A DNA stretch of 61,142 bases, counting the filler. It is 5 parts of 5 records of this genome, joined end to end, with 100 filler letters (N's around TTAATTAATTAA, not from the genome) between each part and the next. Parts side by side here need not be neighbours in the genome. Positions count along the whole stretch, not along the records: positions 30,191 to 41,068 come from SRR22947727_2156; positions 41,169 to 54,419 come from SRR22947727_2157; 3 more parts are not named here. One strand, given 5' to 3'. Below the pieces are notes generated by a model, which saw only the letters and a list, made by a program, of their open reading frames with translations, was not told where the DNA came from and ran no database searches. This document shows, piece after piece, positions 33,183 to 44,059 of the stretch. Position 1 is the first letter of the stretch, and each line of letters begins with the position of its first letter. A program made the position numbers and the translations under genes.

Positions 33183-33521
33183 TTAAAGCTTTGAATTAGT
33201 ATCGTCAGTTGAAGATAAAGTATTATCAACTTTATTTGTTGAATTAAGTTTTATTCTGAGTTCTTTTCCTTGTTTAAATCGTGGAATATATTTTGCAGAA
33301 ACATTTACTGCGTCCCCAGTTCTAGGGTTTCTACCAATTCGTTCTTTTCTTTTTTGAACTGAAAATGCTCCAAAGCCTCGAAGTTCGACTCTTCTTCCTT
33401 CTGCTAAAGATTTTGTTATTTCAGAAAAAATAGAATTAACAATGCGCTCGACATCTTTTATATATAAGTGAGGATTTTGATCTGTAATATTTTGAACTAG
33501 TTGGCTTTTAATTAAACTCAT
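33183..33521 (-). CDS. ihfB: Integration host factor subunit beta
   Basis: [21 protein letters not shown]; downstream of rpsA; ATG at 33521. Confidence 0.94.
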   Translation of the reverse strand: MSLIKSQLVQNITDQNPHLYIKDVERIVNSIFSEITKSLAEGRRVELRGFGAFSVQKRKERIGRNPRTGDAVNVSAKYIPRFKQGKELRIKLNSTNKVDNTLSSTDDTNSKL

Positions 33522-33575
33522 ATAATTAATTATAGAGCTTACCATTATTTTGTAAACTATTGATTAAGATGAATA

Positions 33576-35285
33576 TTATTCTTCAAATTCCGTTTTTTTA
33601 TCACTTAATGCCTTACCTAGAATATCTCCAAGTGAAGCACCAGAATCCTTAGCTCCGTATTTACTAATAGCCTCTTTTTCAGTCGCCTCTTCAAGCGCTT
33701 TAATTGATAAGGAAACCTTATAATTTTGAGCATCTATTTGAGAAATCATTGCATCAAGTTTATCATTTTTAGCCCATCTCTCTGGTCTAGCGTCAGGTTT
33801 TCTAAGAGCTAATTCATTCTTTTTAATAACTACTTTTGGACCATTCTCACCAATCATTACCTTAACACCATAATCGGTAACCTCGAGAACAGTACATGTA
33901 ACTGTATCACCATTAGACTTATTACTAATTTCATTAAATGGATTTCCATCAACCTCTCTTATAGATAATGCTATTTTGTCGTTCTTATTTTCAATTATCT
34001 TTGCTTTTATTTTATCACCGACACTATATTTTTTAATTGCATCTTTTGTATCATCTTGAATATCCCAAGAAATATTTTGACTAAAAATTGCACCATCAAT
34101 GTCTTCTTCAAGACTACAAAATATTATATTATCTTTTATGGCTTTAATTTCTGTATCAACAATAGTTCCAATTGGATTTAGTTCATTGAACTTTTCAAAT
34201 GGGTTGGCAGTTAATTGTTTAATTCCAAGACTTAACCTTTTTTTAACATAGTCAACTTCAAGCACTATACAGTCTACTGATTGAGATCTGGCATATAAAT
34301 TGCCAGGCTGTGAATTTTTTTTTGAACTCCAAGTCAACATATCTCTATGAGCTAGTCCTTCAATACCGTTTTCTACTTCAATAAAAATTCCATAATCTGT
34401 AACGTTTGTGCAAATTCCTTGTAACTTATCACCAATATTAAATTTACCTTCAATTTTTGTCCAAGGATCTTCTTCTAATTGTTTAAGCCCACAAGAAACA
34501 CGATTCTTTTCAGGGTCAACTTTTATGATCTTAACTTTTACAATTTGATCAATTTTTAAAACCTCGGAAGGGTGACCAATTCGACGATATGTAATGTCAC
34601 TACTGTGTAATAATGAGTCGTATCCACCAAGATCAACGAATGCACCATAATCAGTAATTGCCTTAACTCTTCCTTCTACAACATCTCCTAAAGCTAGCTG
34701 TGAAAATCTTTCTTCTCTTAATTCTTTATGAGCTTCTTCTAGAACAGCCCTACGACTAACAACAATATTATTGCGCTTAGAATCCATTTTTAATACTTTA
34801 AATTTTTGAGGCACATCTAAAAGATGACTTACATCTCTTAAAGGCCGAGTATCTATTTGAGATCCAGGAAGAAAAGCTGTAATTCCGATTTCAGCAGAGA
34901 GACCACCTTTTACTTTACCTGTTATGACACCATCAACCAATTCTCCTGCACTAAATGATTTTTCTATTTCAGCCCAAATTTCTTTATTTTTTGCCTTTGA
35001 TCTACTTAGAATGCAGTCACCGTAGTGATTTTCAATTTTTTCTAAATAGACGTCAATTATATCTCCAACCTCTAATTTTTTTTTATCCTTTGAAAAAATA
35101 AATTCTCTTTTTGCAATTCTACCCTCAACCTTAGCACCAATATCTACCGTAACAGCATCATCATCCATTTCAGATATGGTGCCTTTAATTATCGTGCCTT
35201 CTTTAAGTTCGGAATTGAGTTGAGATTCGGCTAGTAGTTTTTCAAATTCACTAGGATCTTGTGCAGGGTTTGTAACTTCGTTCAT
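33576..35285 (-). CDS. rpsA: 30S ribosomal protein S1
   Basis: Tandem S1 domains, FLPGSQID, NIVVSRR, DYGAFVDLGG, C-terminal SGASLGDILG. Confidence 0.96.
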   Translation of the reverse strand: MNEVTNPAQDPSEFEKLLAESQLNSELKEGTIIKGTISEMDDDAVTVDIGAKVEGRIAKREFIFSKDKKKLEVGDIIDVYLEKIENHYGDCILSRSKAKNKEIWAEIEKSFSAGELVDGVITGKVKGGLSAEIGITAFLPGSQIDTRPLRDVSHLLDVPQKFKVLKMDSKRNNIVVSRRAVLEEAHKELREERFSQLALGDVVEGRVKAITDYGAFVDLGGYDSLLHSSDITYRRIGHPSEVLKIDQIVKVKIIKVDPEKNRVSCGLKQLEEDPWTKIEGKFNIGDKLQGICTNVTDYGIFIEVENGIEGLAHRDMLTWSSKKNSQPGNLYARSQSVDCIVLEVDYVKKRLSLGIKQLTANPFEKFNELNPIGTIVDTEIKAIKDNIIFCSLEEDIDGAIFSQNISWDIQDDTKDAIKKYSVGDKIKAKIIENKNDKIALSIREVDGNPFNEISNKSNGDTVTCTVLEVTDYGVKVMIGENGPKVVIKKNELALRKPDARPERWAKNDKLDAMISQIDAQNYKVSLSIKALEEATEKEAISKYGAKDSGASLGDILGKALSDKKTEFEE

Positions 35286-35296
35286 TTATTATTATT

Positions 35297-35932
35297 TTAA
35301 TTACTTTTAATTATCTTCAATATTCTGTTGAAGCACTGTTCTATATCTAAGTTTGAGTTATCAATCAAGTAAGAATCTTCAGCTGGCTGTAAAGGGGCTG
35401 TTTTTCTGCTCATATCTTTCATGTCTCTTAAAGCAACTTCATCTAAAATATCGCTAAATTTGCTAGTTTTCCTGGATTTTTTAATTTGTAAAAGTCGCCT
35501 TTGAGCTCTTATCTCTACTTTTGCCCATAAAAAAATTTTTATCTCAGCCCTTGGAAATATTACGGTTCCCATATCTCTACCTTCGGCAATTATCATTTTT
35601 GAGGCATTTCTATTTAACTTAACAAAATTTCTCTGAATTTGAATAGTAAGCTTTCTTAATTGAGGAATACTAGATATTTGAGATGAAATTAGATCAATAC
35701 TCTTATTATATAATTTATTTGGTGATAATTTTTTATGATTATATTTTTTCACATATCTGATTATACTAGGAATATCATTTAAGCTGATCTTATTTTTTTT
35801 TAAGTTATAGGCGATGCCTCTATAAATCTCTCCACTATTTAAAACTGGTGAGTTTAATGAGTTACTTAGCAATTCACAAATTGTACCTTTGCCCACTCCT
35901 GCTGGCCCATCAACAGTTATTATCTTATACAT
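35297..35932 (-). CDS. cmk: Cytidylate kinase
   Basis: DGPAGVGKGT, EGRDMGTVIFP, RD..D..R..APL. Confidence 0.93.
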   Translation of the reverse strand: MYKIITVDGPAGVGKGTICELLSNSLNSPVLNSGEIYRGIAYNLKKNKISLNDIPSIIRYVKKYNHKKLSPNKLYNKSIDLISSQISSIPQLRKLTIQIQRNFVKLNRNASKMIIAEGRDMGTVIFPRAEIKIFLWAKVEIRAQRRLLQIKKSRKTSKFSDILDEVALRDMKDMSRKTAPLQPAEDSYLIDNSNLDIEQCFNRILKIIKSN

Positions 35933-37229
35933 TAACTAGTAAACTTTTTAAATCTTGATTGAATTTTGGGTAGCTAATATCAATACATTTTAAATTATTA
36001 ATTTTTAAAGGCTTTTTACAAATTAAATTTAATATTGAAAATGACATGGCAATCCTATGATCATGAAAGCTATCTATTTTATTACCTCCAATAATTTTAT
36101 TTCTAGAGCCCTTTATTATTAAATCATCTTTTACAATAGTTGAGTCAATTCCAGAGTTTAGTAGATTTTGATGAATACTTGTAAGTCGATCACTTTCTTT
36201 AAATCTTAATTCTGCTAGATCTTTCATTGTAGTAACCCCTTTTGCTTGTGACGCAGCTATTGCTAATATTGGGTATTCATCAATTAGGTAAGGAGCTAAT
36301 TTTTTTGAAATAATAATCGACTTTAAACTGCTGTAACTAACTTTAATATCACCAACAATTTCACCTGAAATTTTGCCAGTTTTTCTGATAATAATTTTTC
36401 CACCCATCTGCTTTAATACTTTTACGTAGGCAATTCTAGTTTTATTTAGACACACGTTTTTAATCGTGATGTTGGAACCTGGAGTTATTAAAGCAGCTAC
36501 AGTAAAAAATGCTGCTGATGATGGATCTGATGCAACATCAATATTTTTTGCTTTAATTTCTGCTGGCCCAGATACTTTTATCTTAGCTTTGCCATTTTTA
36601 TATATTTCTTTTTTAAAATTTATTCCTAAATATTTGAATAAAATTTCTGTATGATCTCGAGTTTGTTGATTTTCTATAATTGTAGTTTGCCCAGAAATAC
36701 TTAGAGCAGCCAACATAATACTCGATTTAATTTGAGCAGATGGTTTGGTTATAATGTGTTTAAGTGGCAGAGAGTTAATATTACCTTCTATAGATAAGGG
36801 TAAATAATTTTCATTAGTAAGTTTTATTTTTGCACCAATATCTTGAAGCAAATCTGTCACTCTTTTCATTGGTCTGCTACTTAATGATTGGTCTCCAGTA
36901 AAAGTACAAAGTATAGGATTTGTTGATACAGCACCAAACATTAGACGAGAAGTTGTTCCAGAATTTCCTGCATTTAAAACCTGGTTTGGTTGTTTAAAGC
37001 CACAAGTTCCAACACCACTCACAAGCCAACTATTTTGCTTCTTTTTGATTTTAACACCTAATTTTCTCAATATACTTACAGTGCTTAGTATGTCTTTTGA
37101 CTCAAGTAAATTATGAATTTCAGTATGACCAATAGACATAGCTCCCATTATAAGTGATCTATGAGATATTGATTTATCTCCACTTATTTTAAGTGAGCCT
37201 TTTAATTTATATTTTGCTTGTATTGTCAA
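35925..37229 (-). CDS. aroA: 3-phosphoshikimate 1-carboxyvinyltransferase (EPSP synthase)
   Basis: GDKSISHR, GNSGT, SAQIKS, RDHTE, IDEYP, KESDR, DHRIAMS. Confidence 0.96.
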   Translation of the reverse strand: MTIQAKYKLKGSLKISGDKSISHRSLIMGAMSIGHTEIHNLLESKDILSTVSILRKLGVKIKKKQNSWLVSGVGTCGFKQPNQVLNAGNSGTTSRLMFGAVSTNPILCTFTGDQSLSSRPMKRVTDLLQDIGAKIKLTNENYLPLSIEGNINSLPLKHIITKPSAQIKSSIMLAALSISGQTTIIENQQTRDHTEILFKYLGINFKKEIYKNGKAKIKVSGPAEIKAKNIDVASDPSSAAFFTVAALITPGSNITIKNVCLNKTRIAYVKVLKQMGGKIIIRKTGKISGEIVGDIKVSYSSLKSIIISKKLAPYLIDEYPILAIAASQAKGVTTMKDLAELRFKESDRLTSIHQNLLNSGIDSTIVKDDLIIKGSRNKIIGGNKIDSFHDHRIAMSFSILNLICKKPLKINNLKCIDISYPKFNQDLKSLLVNV

Positions 37230-37323
37230 TTTTAGAACTTAAAATATTAATTATATTCACAATATACAGTATATATTAAAGATCTATTAATTAACAAAAT
37301 AAATTTGGAGTAAAAAAAAATAT

Positions 37324-37704
37324 ATGCCTAAACCGGAGTGGGGTAAAAAAATTGTATGTCCTGAGTGCAACTCTAAATTCTACGATTTGAATAAAAAATA
37401 TCCAGTTGAATGTCCAGGATGCGGTGTTTATATCGCTCTAAATGAAATGTTACAATATGGATCTGATGCAAAAAAAGTGCATGAAGATAATTTGGATGCT
37501 GAAGAAATAGGTAATTTAGTTGGTGATGATGCGACTGAGTCAATGACTGATGTTGATATTCTAGATGACGAATCTGAAAGTATTAGTGATGACGAAACCA
37601 TAAGCCTTAACGACGCTGACGATGACCTAGGTGTAATTGATCAAGATGAAGAAGATTTAAATATTGAAGATACTGTCGATGTATCAATGGATGACGAAGA
37701 ATAA
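37324..37704 (+). CDS. FYDLN acid-domain protein (TIGR02300 family)
   Basis: KPEWG, CxxC...KFYDLN...CxxC, long acidic tail; divergent from aroA. Confidence 0.9.
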   Translation: MPKPEWGKKIVCPECNSKFYDLNKKYPVECPGCGVYIALNEMLQYGSDAKKVHEDNLDAEEIGNLVGDDATESMTDVDILDDESESISDDETISLNDADDDLGVIDQDEEDLNIEDTVDVSMDDEE

Positions 37705-37743
37705 AATTAATTAAGATTAAGTTTAACTACCTATAATAATAAT

Positions 37744-38490
37744 TTAAACTTTAAAAGAATCGCCTAGATAAAGTTTTCTGGCGTCTTTATTGCCTATAAT
37801 TTTATCGCTTTCGCCCTCAGCTATTACCTCTCCTGAATGAAGCACATAAGAATAATCACATATATCTAATACTTCTCGTACATTATGATCAGTAATAAGT
37901 ATGCCTATATTTTTTTTAATAAGCTGTTTTATTAAGTTTTTAATATCACTTATACCCAAAGGATCAACACCAGCTGTAGGCTCATCCATTAAAATTAATT
38001 TTGGATTTGAGGCTAAGCATCTGGCTATTTCTGTTCTTCTTCTTTCACCCCCACTTAACATATAAGGCATTGCACGTCTTAGATGAGTAAGTGAAAATTC
38101 TGTTAATAATTCTTCTAAGTTATTTTGTTTTTGTTCAATAGTATAGTTTCTTGTTTCAAGAATTGACATTATGTTATCTTCGACTGATAAGCCTCTAAAT
38201 ATTGATGGCTGCTGTGGCAAGTAACCAATTCCAAGTCTTGCTCGTGCATGCATTGGAAGTGTTATAATGTTTTTTTTATCTAGATTAATTTCTCCACCAT
38301 CAGGTTGTATTAGTCCCATGATCATATAAAATGTAGTGGTTTTACCAGCCCCATTAGGACCCAATAACCCAATCGTTTGCCCTCTTTGAACTTGAAGAGA
38401 TATATCTCTTACTATAGTTTTTTGAGAGAGGGACTTTCTAAGATTTTTTACTACCAATCCATTGTTTGATGAAATTAATTTTGGTTTCAT
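37744..38490 (-). CDS. lptB: LPS export ABC ATPase LptB
   Basis: GPNGAGKTT, YLPQ.PSIFR, LSGGERRRTEIAR, ITDHNVRE, YLGDSF. Confidence 0.94.
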   Translation of the reverse strand: MKPKLISSNNGLVVKNLRKSLSQKTIVRDISLQVQRGQTIGLLGPNGAGKTTTFYMIMGLIQPDGGEINLDKKNIITLPMHARARLGIGYLPQQPSIFRGLSVEDNIMSILETRNYTIEQKQNNLEELLTEFSLTHLRRAMPYMLSGGERRRTEIARCLASNPKLILMDEPTAGVDPLGISDIKNLIKQLIKKNIGILITDHNVREVLDICDYSYVLHSGEVIAEGESDKIIGNKDARKLYLGDSFKV

Positions 38491-38492
38491 TT

Positions 38493-38942
38493 TTATTCTA
38501 TGACCTTAGCTGAGACTTGTTTTTTATTATTTCCCTTTATAATACTTATAGATGTTATTAAATCCATAGTTAATTCGCTACCATTTAAAATGTTACCATC
38601 TCTAAAAACTGAAACGTTTCCACTAATTATTATTTTTTCTGATTTTAAGTTATAAATTGCCTTGTTACCAATAATCTTTTCTTCTTCGCGTTCAATTATT
38701 ACATTGCCGACAGCTGTAATTAAATTAATTTTTTTATCATTATCATAATTTACTAAGACCGTATCACCCCAAAATTGATTATCTTGATTTTTGGCATAAA
38801 CATTGCCAATAAATTCAGAAACTAGTGGATTTTCTGTAATTATAAGTTCGTCTGATTCTATTTCTAAATAAGAAATATCTTCTTCAGCACTTAAAGTATG
38901 CGAATAAAAAAATATTAATATTATTAAATATACTTGTTTCAT
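38493..38942 (-). CDS. lptA: LPS transport periplasmic protein LptA (OstA family)
   Basis: Signal peptide, IESD, F.GNV, A.GNV, GNV repeats; between lptC and lptB. Confidence 0.8.
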   Translation of the reverse strand: MKQVYLIILIFFYSHTLSAEEDISYLEIESDELIITENPLVSEFIGNVYAKNQDNQFWGDTVLVNYDNDKKINLITAVGNVIIEREEEKIIGNKAIYNLKSEKIIISGNVSVFRDGNILNGSELTMDLITSISIIKGNNKKQVSAKVIE

Positions 38943-38948
38943 TAAAAT

Positions 38949-39503
38949 TTATTTATTCACAATCTTTACTTTTACATTTCCAGTATAGGTAATCAAACTA
39001 TTCTCGTCATCTACTATTGAAGAATCTGATTGAATCTCTGATGAATCAGTGACTGAAATAACTTTGTTTGTTAGAACAACTTTTTTAATTTCTATATCAA
39101 TAGTTGCATTTTTAGCTGATGTTTTATTGCCTAAATCATCATAAATTAAGACATTTCCAGTAAGCTCTATAACCTGCTGATTTTGACTGTAGTAACCTTT
39201 GTCTGCAGAGATATAGATTAGCTTTTTATCTTTATCAGTAAATTTTCCAGTAACGGCATAAAGCTCTATATCTTCATTGATTTGAATACCTTTTTTAGCA
39301 GCTATTTCGTATGGATTTTCATCTAAACCTTTATTTACAAAAGTAGGATTTAATATTTCAATAACACCAGGAGTTAAATTTTCATTCAAACTATCTATTT
39401 CAGCTTCTAATTGACTTGTATCATCTTTATTGAAATTAAAAATTACCAAGCAAAGTAATACAAAAAAGATAATAATAGTTATTATGGTAAAGTACTTATT
39501 CAT
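38949..39503 (-). CDS. lptC: LPS export protein LptC
   Basis: N-terminal TM, NP.F...D.NPYEIAA, L.GNV; follows kdsD. Confidence 0.75.
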   Translation of the reverse strand: MNKYFTIITIIIFFVLLCLVIFNFNKDDTSQLEAEIDSLNENLTPGVIEILNPTFVNKGLDENPYEIAAKKGIQINEDIELYAVTGKFTDKDKKLIYISADKGYYSQNQQVIELTGNVLIYDDLGNKTSAKNATIDIEIKKVVLTNKVISVTDSSEIQSDSSIVDDENSLITYTGNVKVKIVNK

Positions 39504-39518
39504 AATACTTTTTTAGAT

Positions 39519-40478
39519 TTAATCTTTACTAACTTTTATACAGTCATGAATATGAACTATACCAACTGGTTTAAAGTTTTTTTCTATAAATAAACATGAT
39601 ATTTTTTTATCATTCATAAGTCTGAGAGCTTCTGAAGAGAGCTCGTCTTCACTAATAAGGAAAGGATTAGTTCTCATCACTAATCTGACTTTTTTATCTA
39701 ACAAATTATTGTTAATTGACCTTCTTAAATCCCCATCAGTTATTATGCCAATAATTTTCTTTGATTTGTTTACAACGCCAACATGTCCGAAAGACTTTCT
39801 AGTTATTTCTAAAACAGCGTCTTTCATAGATGCATTTTCATTTATGAGAGGAATTTTATTACCTGTATGCATTATTTTTTTTACCTGAATTAAACTTTCA
39901 CCTAAACTTCCACCTGGATGTATATTTCTATAATCTTTAGTCGAAAATTTCTTTATTTTCATTAGGCAAATACATATTGCATCGCCAAGAACTAGTGCCA
40001 TTGAAGTTGATGTAGTTGGAGCCATACCAATTATGCAGGCTTCGTCAGCTGATGGAATAATTAAGCTGATATTTACTGATTTTATTAAGTAACTGCTCTT
40101 AACTGATGATATTCCAATAGTAAAAACTTTATTTTTTGTGCAGAAATTAATTACTCCTTTGAGCTCAGCACTGTTACCTGAGTTTGATAATATTATAACA
40201 ATATCATTCTTTGAAGTTGCGCCTAAGTCACCATGAGACATTTCTGTTGAATGAAAAAACTGTGATGGAGTTCCTGTCGAACTCATAGTACTTGATATTT
40301 TTTGAGCAATTAATCCAGATTTGCCGATGCCAGTAAATATTACTTTACCTTTAGTCTTGGAAATCTTCTTTATAACGTTTGAAAAATTACTATCTATTAT
40401 TTTTGATAATTTTTTAATACCAGCCAACTCAGTATTAATCACTTCTTTGGCAGTTTTTATTATTAACTTATTTTCCAT
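39519..40478 (-). CDS. kdsD: Arabinose-5-phosphate isomerase, KpsF/GutQ family
   Basis: GIGKSG, HGDLG, APTTST, HPGGSLG, TDGDLRR, HIHD. Confidence 0.93.
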   Translation of the reverse strand: MENKLIIKTAKEVINTELAGIKKLSKIIDSNFSNVIKKISKTKGKVIFTGIGKSGLIAQKISSTMSSTGTPSQFFHSTEMSHGDLGATSKNDIVIILSNSGNSAELKGVINFCTKNKVFTIGISSVKSSYLIKSVNISLIIPSADEACIIGMAPTTSTSMALVLGDAICICLMKIKKFSTKDYRNIHPGGSLGESLIQVKKIMHTGNKIPLINENASMKDAVLEITRKSFGHVGVVNKSKKIIGIITDGDLRRSINNNLLDKKVRLVMRTNPFLISEDELSSEALRLMNDKKISCLFIEKNFKPVGIVHIHDCIKVSKD

Positions 40479-40483
40479 AAATT

Positions 40484-41068
40484 TTAAGACGAATGTGAGA
40501 ATATGTCTTTATCTACCCAGCCCTTAAGGTCTAATGCAACCCTTGTTGGTAAAAATTTGAAGCATGCATCTGCTAATTCAAATCTTTTTTCTCTTTCTAA
40601 TATTTCATTTAGTTTATTTCTAATGTTATGAAGATGAATTACATCATTAGCTGCATAAGCAACTTGCTCTTTTGAAAGAGACACATTACCCCAGTCACTG
40701 CTTTGCTTTTTTTTAGATATCTCAACCTCAAGAAGCTCTTTACAAATATCTTTAAGTCCATGTGAATTAGTATACGTTCGAGCAATCTTACTTGCTATCT
40801 TTGTGCAATAAATATTCTCCAAGCTAATTCCCAAAGCATATTTTATTGCCGCCATATCGAATCTCGCATAATGAAAAATTTTAACCTTATTTTTATCGCT
40901 TAAAATTTTTTGTAGATTTGGACTATTGTAATCGAATCCATCAAATTGAACTAAGTGACAATCATTTTCGCCATCAAACATTTGTATTAGGCATAGCCTA
41001 TCTCTTGCTGGATCTAGTCCCATTGCTTCGGTATCGATTGCAATGATATCTCCAAAGCTGATATTTTC
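40484..41068 (-). CDS. rnd: Ribonuclease D-like exonuclease (5'-truncated)
   Basis: Frame open to the contig edge (AIDTEAMGL), RDRLCLIQ, FHYARFD, QSSDWG, YAANDV. Confidence 0.88.
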   Translation of the reverse strand, partial: ENISFGDIIAIDTEAMGLDPARDRLCLIQMFDGENDCHLVQFDGFDYNSPNLQKILSDKNKVKIFHYARFDMAAIKYALGISLENIYCTKIASKIARTYTNSHGLKDICKELLEVEISKKKQSSDWGNVSLSKEQVAYAANDVIHLHNIRNKLNEILEREKRFELADACFKFLPTRVALDLKGWVDKDIFSHSS

Positions 41069-41168
41069 NNNNNNNNNNNNNNNNNNNNNNNNNNNNNNNN
41101 NNNNNNNNNNNNTTAATTAATTAANNNNNNNNNNNNNNNNNNNNNNNNNNNNNNNNNNNNNNNNNNNN
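41069..41168. other. Artificial contig spacer
   Basis: N44-TTAATTAATTAA-N44. Confidence 0.99.
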
Positions 41169-41170
41169 TT

Positions 41171-41569
41171 GAAAGAATGGTTAAGGAAGCGGAAGAAAAT
41201 GCTGAAGAAGATAAGAAAAAAAGAGAGTCTGTTGATACTAAAAATCAAGCCGACAGCTTAATTAACGAAACAGAGAAAAATTTAAAAGAGCATGGCGAAA
41301 AGGTTCCTGAAGAAGACAAAAATAAAATAACTGCTGATATAGAAGAACTAAAAAAGGTTAAGGACAGCGATGACATGGAAGCGATTAAAGCAAAAACAGA
41401 ATCTTTAGTTCAGTCTTCGATGAAGCTAGGTGAGGCGATTTATAAACAAGATCCTCAAGCTGGAGCACCTCAACCTGATCCGTCCGGTGAAGAGCCATCT
41501 TCTGATAAAAAAGATGAAAAGGTAGTTGATGCAGAATTTGAAGAAGTAGACGAAGATAAAAAAGACTAA
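41171..41569 (+). CDS. dnaK: Chaperone DnaK, C-terminal part
   Basis: ERMVKEAEENAEEDKK, SMKLGEAIY, VVDAEFEEV; upstream of dnaJ. Confidence 0.95.
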   Translation, partial: ERMVKEAEENAEEDKKKRESVDTKNQADSLINETEKNLKEHGEKVPEEDKNKITADIEELKKVKDSDDMEAIKAKTESLVQSSMKLGEAIYKQDPQAGAPQPDPSGEEPSSDKKDEKVVDAEFEEVDEDKKD

Positions 41570-41602
41570 CCTTATCCAATAATACCTTTAAAAGGGGCGT
41601 AA

Positions 41603-42727
41603 ATGGCTGATAAAGATTTTTACGAAATACTTGGTGTTCAAAGAAATGCCAGTGATGATGAGATAAAAAAATCTTACCGTAAGCTTGCGATGAAATATCA
41701 TCCTGACAGAAATAAAGATGATAAAGAATCTGAGCGCAAATTTAAAGAAGTATCAGCAGCATATGAGATTTTAAAAGATTCTGAAAAAAGATCTGCTTAT
41801 GATCAATATGGTCATGACGCCTTTCGTCAAGGTGGAGGCGGTCAGGGCTTTGGAGATTTTGGAGGAGGTTTTTCTGATATATTTGAAGAATTTTTTGGCG
41901 GTGGTTTTGGTGGCCAATCAAGACAACGAGGACCGCAAAGAGGAAATGATCTTCGTTACAATATGTCTGTTTCGCTTCAAGAGGCTTATAGTGGTAAAAA
42001 ATCTCAAATAAGAATTCCAAGTTATGAAGGTTGTGATTTATGTTCCTCAACAGGGAGCGCTGATAAGACTGGACCAAGCACATGCTCGACATGTGGTGGA
42101 CAAGGAAAAGTCAGATCAACGCAAGGTTTCTTTTCTATAGAACGGCCTTGTCCAACTTGTGGTGGAGAGGGATCTTCAATTAAAAACCCATGTTTAAAAT
42201 GTAGTGGCACTGGTCAGGTTAAAAAACAAAAAACTATCTCTGTTACAATTCCAGCAGGTGTTGATACTGGCACAAGAATTCGCATATCTGGCGAAGGTGA
42301 GCCTGGAGAAAGAGGGGCTGGAAACGGTGATCTATATATTTTTGTTGAAGTACAAAAAGATAAATTATTTGAGAGAGAAGAGGAAAATATTTTTTGTCAA
42401 ATTCCTATTTCAATTACAACTGCAATTCTTGGTGGAGATGTAGAAGTGCCAACTATAGAAGGAAAGAAAGCTAGACTTAATATTCCAGCAGGTACTCAAT
42501 CTGAAACTCAGTTTCGTTTAAAGGGAAAGGGCATGACTATACTTCGTCAAACAAGACGTGGAGATATGTATGTTGAGACAAACGTTGAAATCCCAGTCAA
42601 TCTTAACAGTAAGCAAAAAGCAATATTGCAGGAATTTGAAAAAGAAGGTGGAACGTCAAAAAAACACAGCCCAAAATCTCAAAGTTTCTTTTCTAAATTA
42701 AAAGAAGTGTGGGAAGACTTAACTTAA
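41603..42727 (+). CDS. dnaJ: Chaperone DnaJ
   Basis: HPD J domain, G/F region, four CxxCxxxG zinc repeats. Confidence 0.97.
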   Translation: MADKDFYEILGVQRNASDDEIKKSYRKLAMKYHPDRNKDDKESERKFKEVSAAYEILKDSEKRSAYDQYGHDAFRQGGGGQGFGDFGGGFSDIFEEFFGGGFGGQSRQRGPQRGNDLRYNMSVSLQEAYSGKKSQIRIPSYEGCDLCSSTGSADKTGPSTCSTCGGQGKVRSTQGFFSIERPCPTCGGEGSSIKNPCLKCSGTGQVKKQKTISVTIPAGVDTGTRIRISGEGEPGERGAGNGDLYIFVEVQKDKLFEREEENIFCQIPISITTAILGGDVEVPTIEGKKARLNIPAGTQSETQFRLKGKGMTILRQTRRGDMYVETNVEIPVNLNSKQKAILQEFEKEGGTSKKHSPKSQSFFSKLKEVWEDLT

Positions 42728-42766
42728 TTTCTTTTCAATCAAGCTCACGCAAAGTATAAGTAATTT

Positions 42767-43576
42767 ATGGCAAAAATTAAAATTGCAGTAGCGGGATGTC
42801 TGGGCCGAATGGGTCAAGAATTATCTAAACAGATTATTAATAACAATAAGCTTGAGTTTGTTGGGGGTTTTGAACATAAAAAACACAAAGACATAAAAAA
42901 ACAATTTAAAAATGTTTCTGATATTAATTCAACAAAAATAATTGATTCTAATCCAACTATCTCAATTAAATCAGCTAGCGTGTTAATAGATTTTACTACA
43001 CCACAGTCTACTTTGGAGAATCTTAAAATAGCATCTCAAAATAAAACCGCTGTTATTATTGGCACAACAGGAATGACTGAGGTTCAAAAAAAGAAAGTTA
43101 AAAGTTATGCAAAAAAAATTCCAATTCTTATGTCTTCAAATATGAGTCTTGGTGTAAATCTACTTTTTAATTTAGTCCGACAAACCGCACACGCCTTAAA
43201 AGATACAGATTATGATATTGAAATTGCAGAAACGCATCATAAACATAAAAAGGATGCACCGTCTGGAACAGCTTTGTCACTTGGTGAATATGCTGCTGAT
43301 GGAAGAAAAGTTTCATTGAGTAAATCAAAAATTTTAGACAGAACAAAAAAATTAACCAATAGAAAAAAAGGAGATATTGGTTTTTCAGTAACAAGAGGTG
43401 GGGAGATTGCCGGAGAACATACTGTTAGTTTTATTGGTGAAAATGATAGAGTCGATTTAGTTCATAAAGCAAATAATAGATCAATTTTTGTAAAAGGGGC
43501 TATTGATGCCGCCATATACCTTAGTAAGAAAAATTCAGGCTTTTATTCAATGCATGATTTATTATTTTCTAAATAA
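42767..43576 (+). CDS. dapB: 4-hydroxy-tetrahydrodipicolinate reductase
   Basis: GCLGRMG, IDFT, GTTG, ETHHKHKKDAPSGTA, GEH. Confidence 0.96.
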   Translation: MAKIKIAVAGCLGRMGQELSKQIINNNKLEFVGGFEHKKHKDIKKQFKNVSDINSTKIIDSNPTISIKSASVLIDFTTPQSTLENLKIASQNKTAVIIGTTGMTEVQKKKVKSYAKKIPILMSSNMSLGVNLLFNLVRQTAHALKDTDYDIEIAETHHKHKKDAPSGTALSLGEYAADGRKVSLSKSKILDRTKKLTNRKKGDIGFSVTRGGEIAGEHTVSFIGENDRVDLVHKANNRSIFVKGAIDAAIYLSKKNSGFYSMHDLLFSK

Positions 43577-44008
43577 ACTTATTTGTTTTGTAATTCGATT
43601 ATATAACGACTCTTTTAGCTCTGTATGTAAAAATGTAGCAAGCTCAGTTTCTTTATCTGACTCTCTGATTAATAATTTTGATTTATTTTTTTGTTTAGTA
43701 AAAAATACTTTTGACCAATAAGTGCTGAACCGCGAAGAATAAAAAAGTTTATCACCTTTAAATTTTTTTATATATATCTCTTTTTCATCAATACTAATGT
43801 GGTCATTAATATTTTTTTGTTTAAAATATAATTGAATAAGAAAAACTATAACAAGGTATTCAACTCCAAGAAATATTGAAACAGGCCATGCCCCTTGTGC
43901 TATGAGGAATAAAGAGAACAGAAGACTCCAAAACATTAAAATTATTCCTAAAATTATAAAAACTAATTTGGAACTGCTTTGATAAGGTATTATTTTTTCT
44001 TTTATCAT
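43562..44008 (-). CDS. DUF2244-family membrane protein
   Basis: PYQS, two TMs, GAWPV..F.G.E, C-terminal E.A.FL...K; divergent from nth. Confidence 0.7.
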   Translation of the reverse strand: MIKEKIIPYQSSSKLVFIILGIILMFWSLLFSLFLIAQGAWPVSIFLGVEYLVIVFLIQLYFKQKNINDHISIDEKEIYIKKFKGDKLFYSSRFSTYWSKVFFTKQKNKSKLLIRESDKETELATFLHTELKESLYNRITKQISLFRK

Positions 44009-44059
44009 ATTATTGCATTTTAATATTTATATAAAAATTTTTTATTTTAAAGTAGGCTC

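Noticed and set aside
22966-41068. Apparent duplication of rpsA, aroA, lptB, lptC, kdsD and rnd
   Set aside because: The copies lie on different contigs and are highly divergent, so they are orthologues from different organisms
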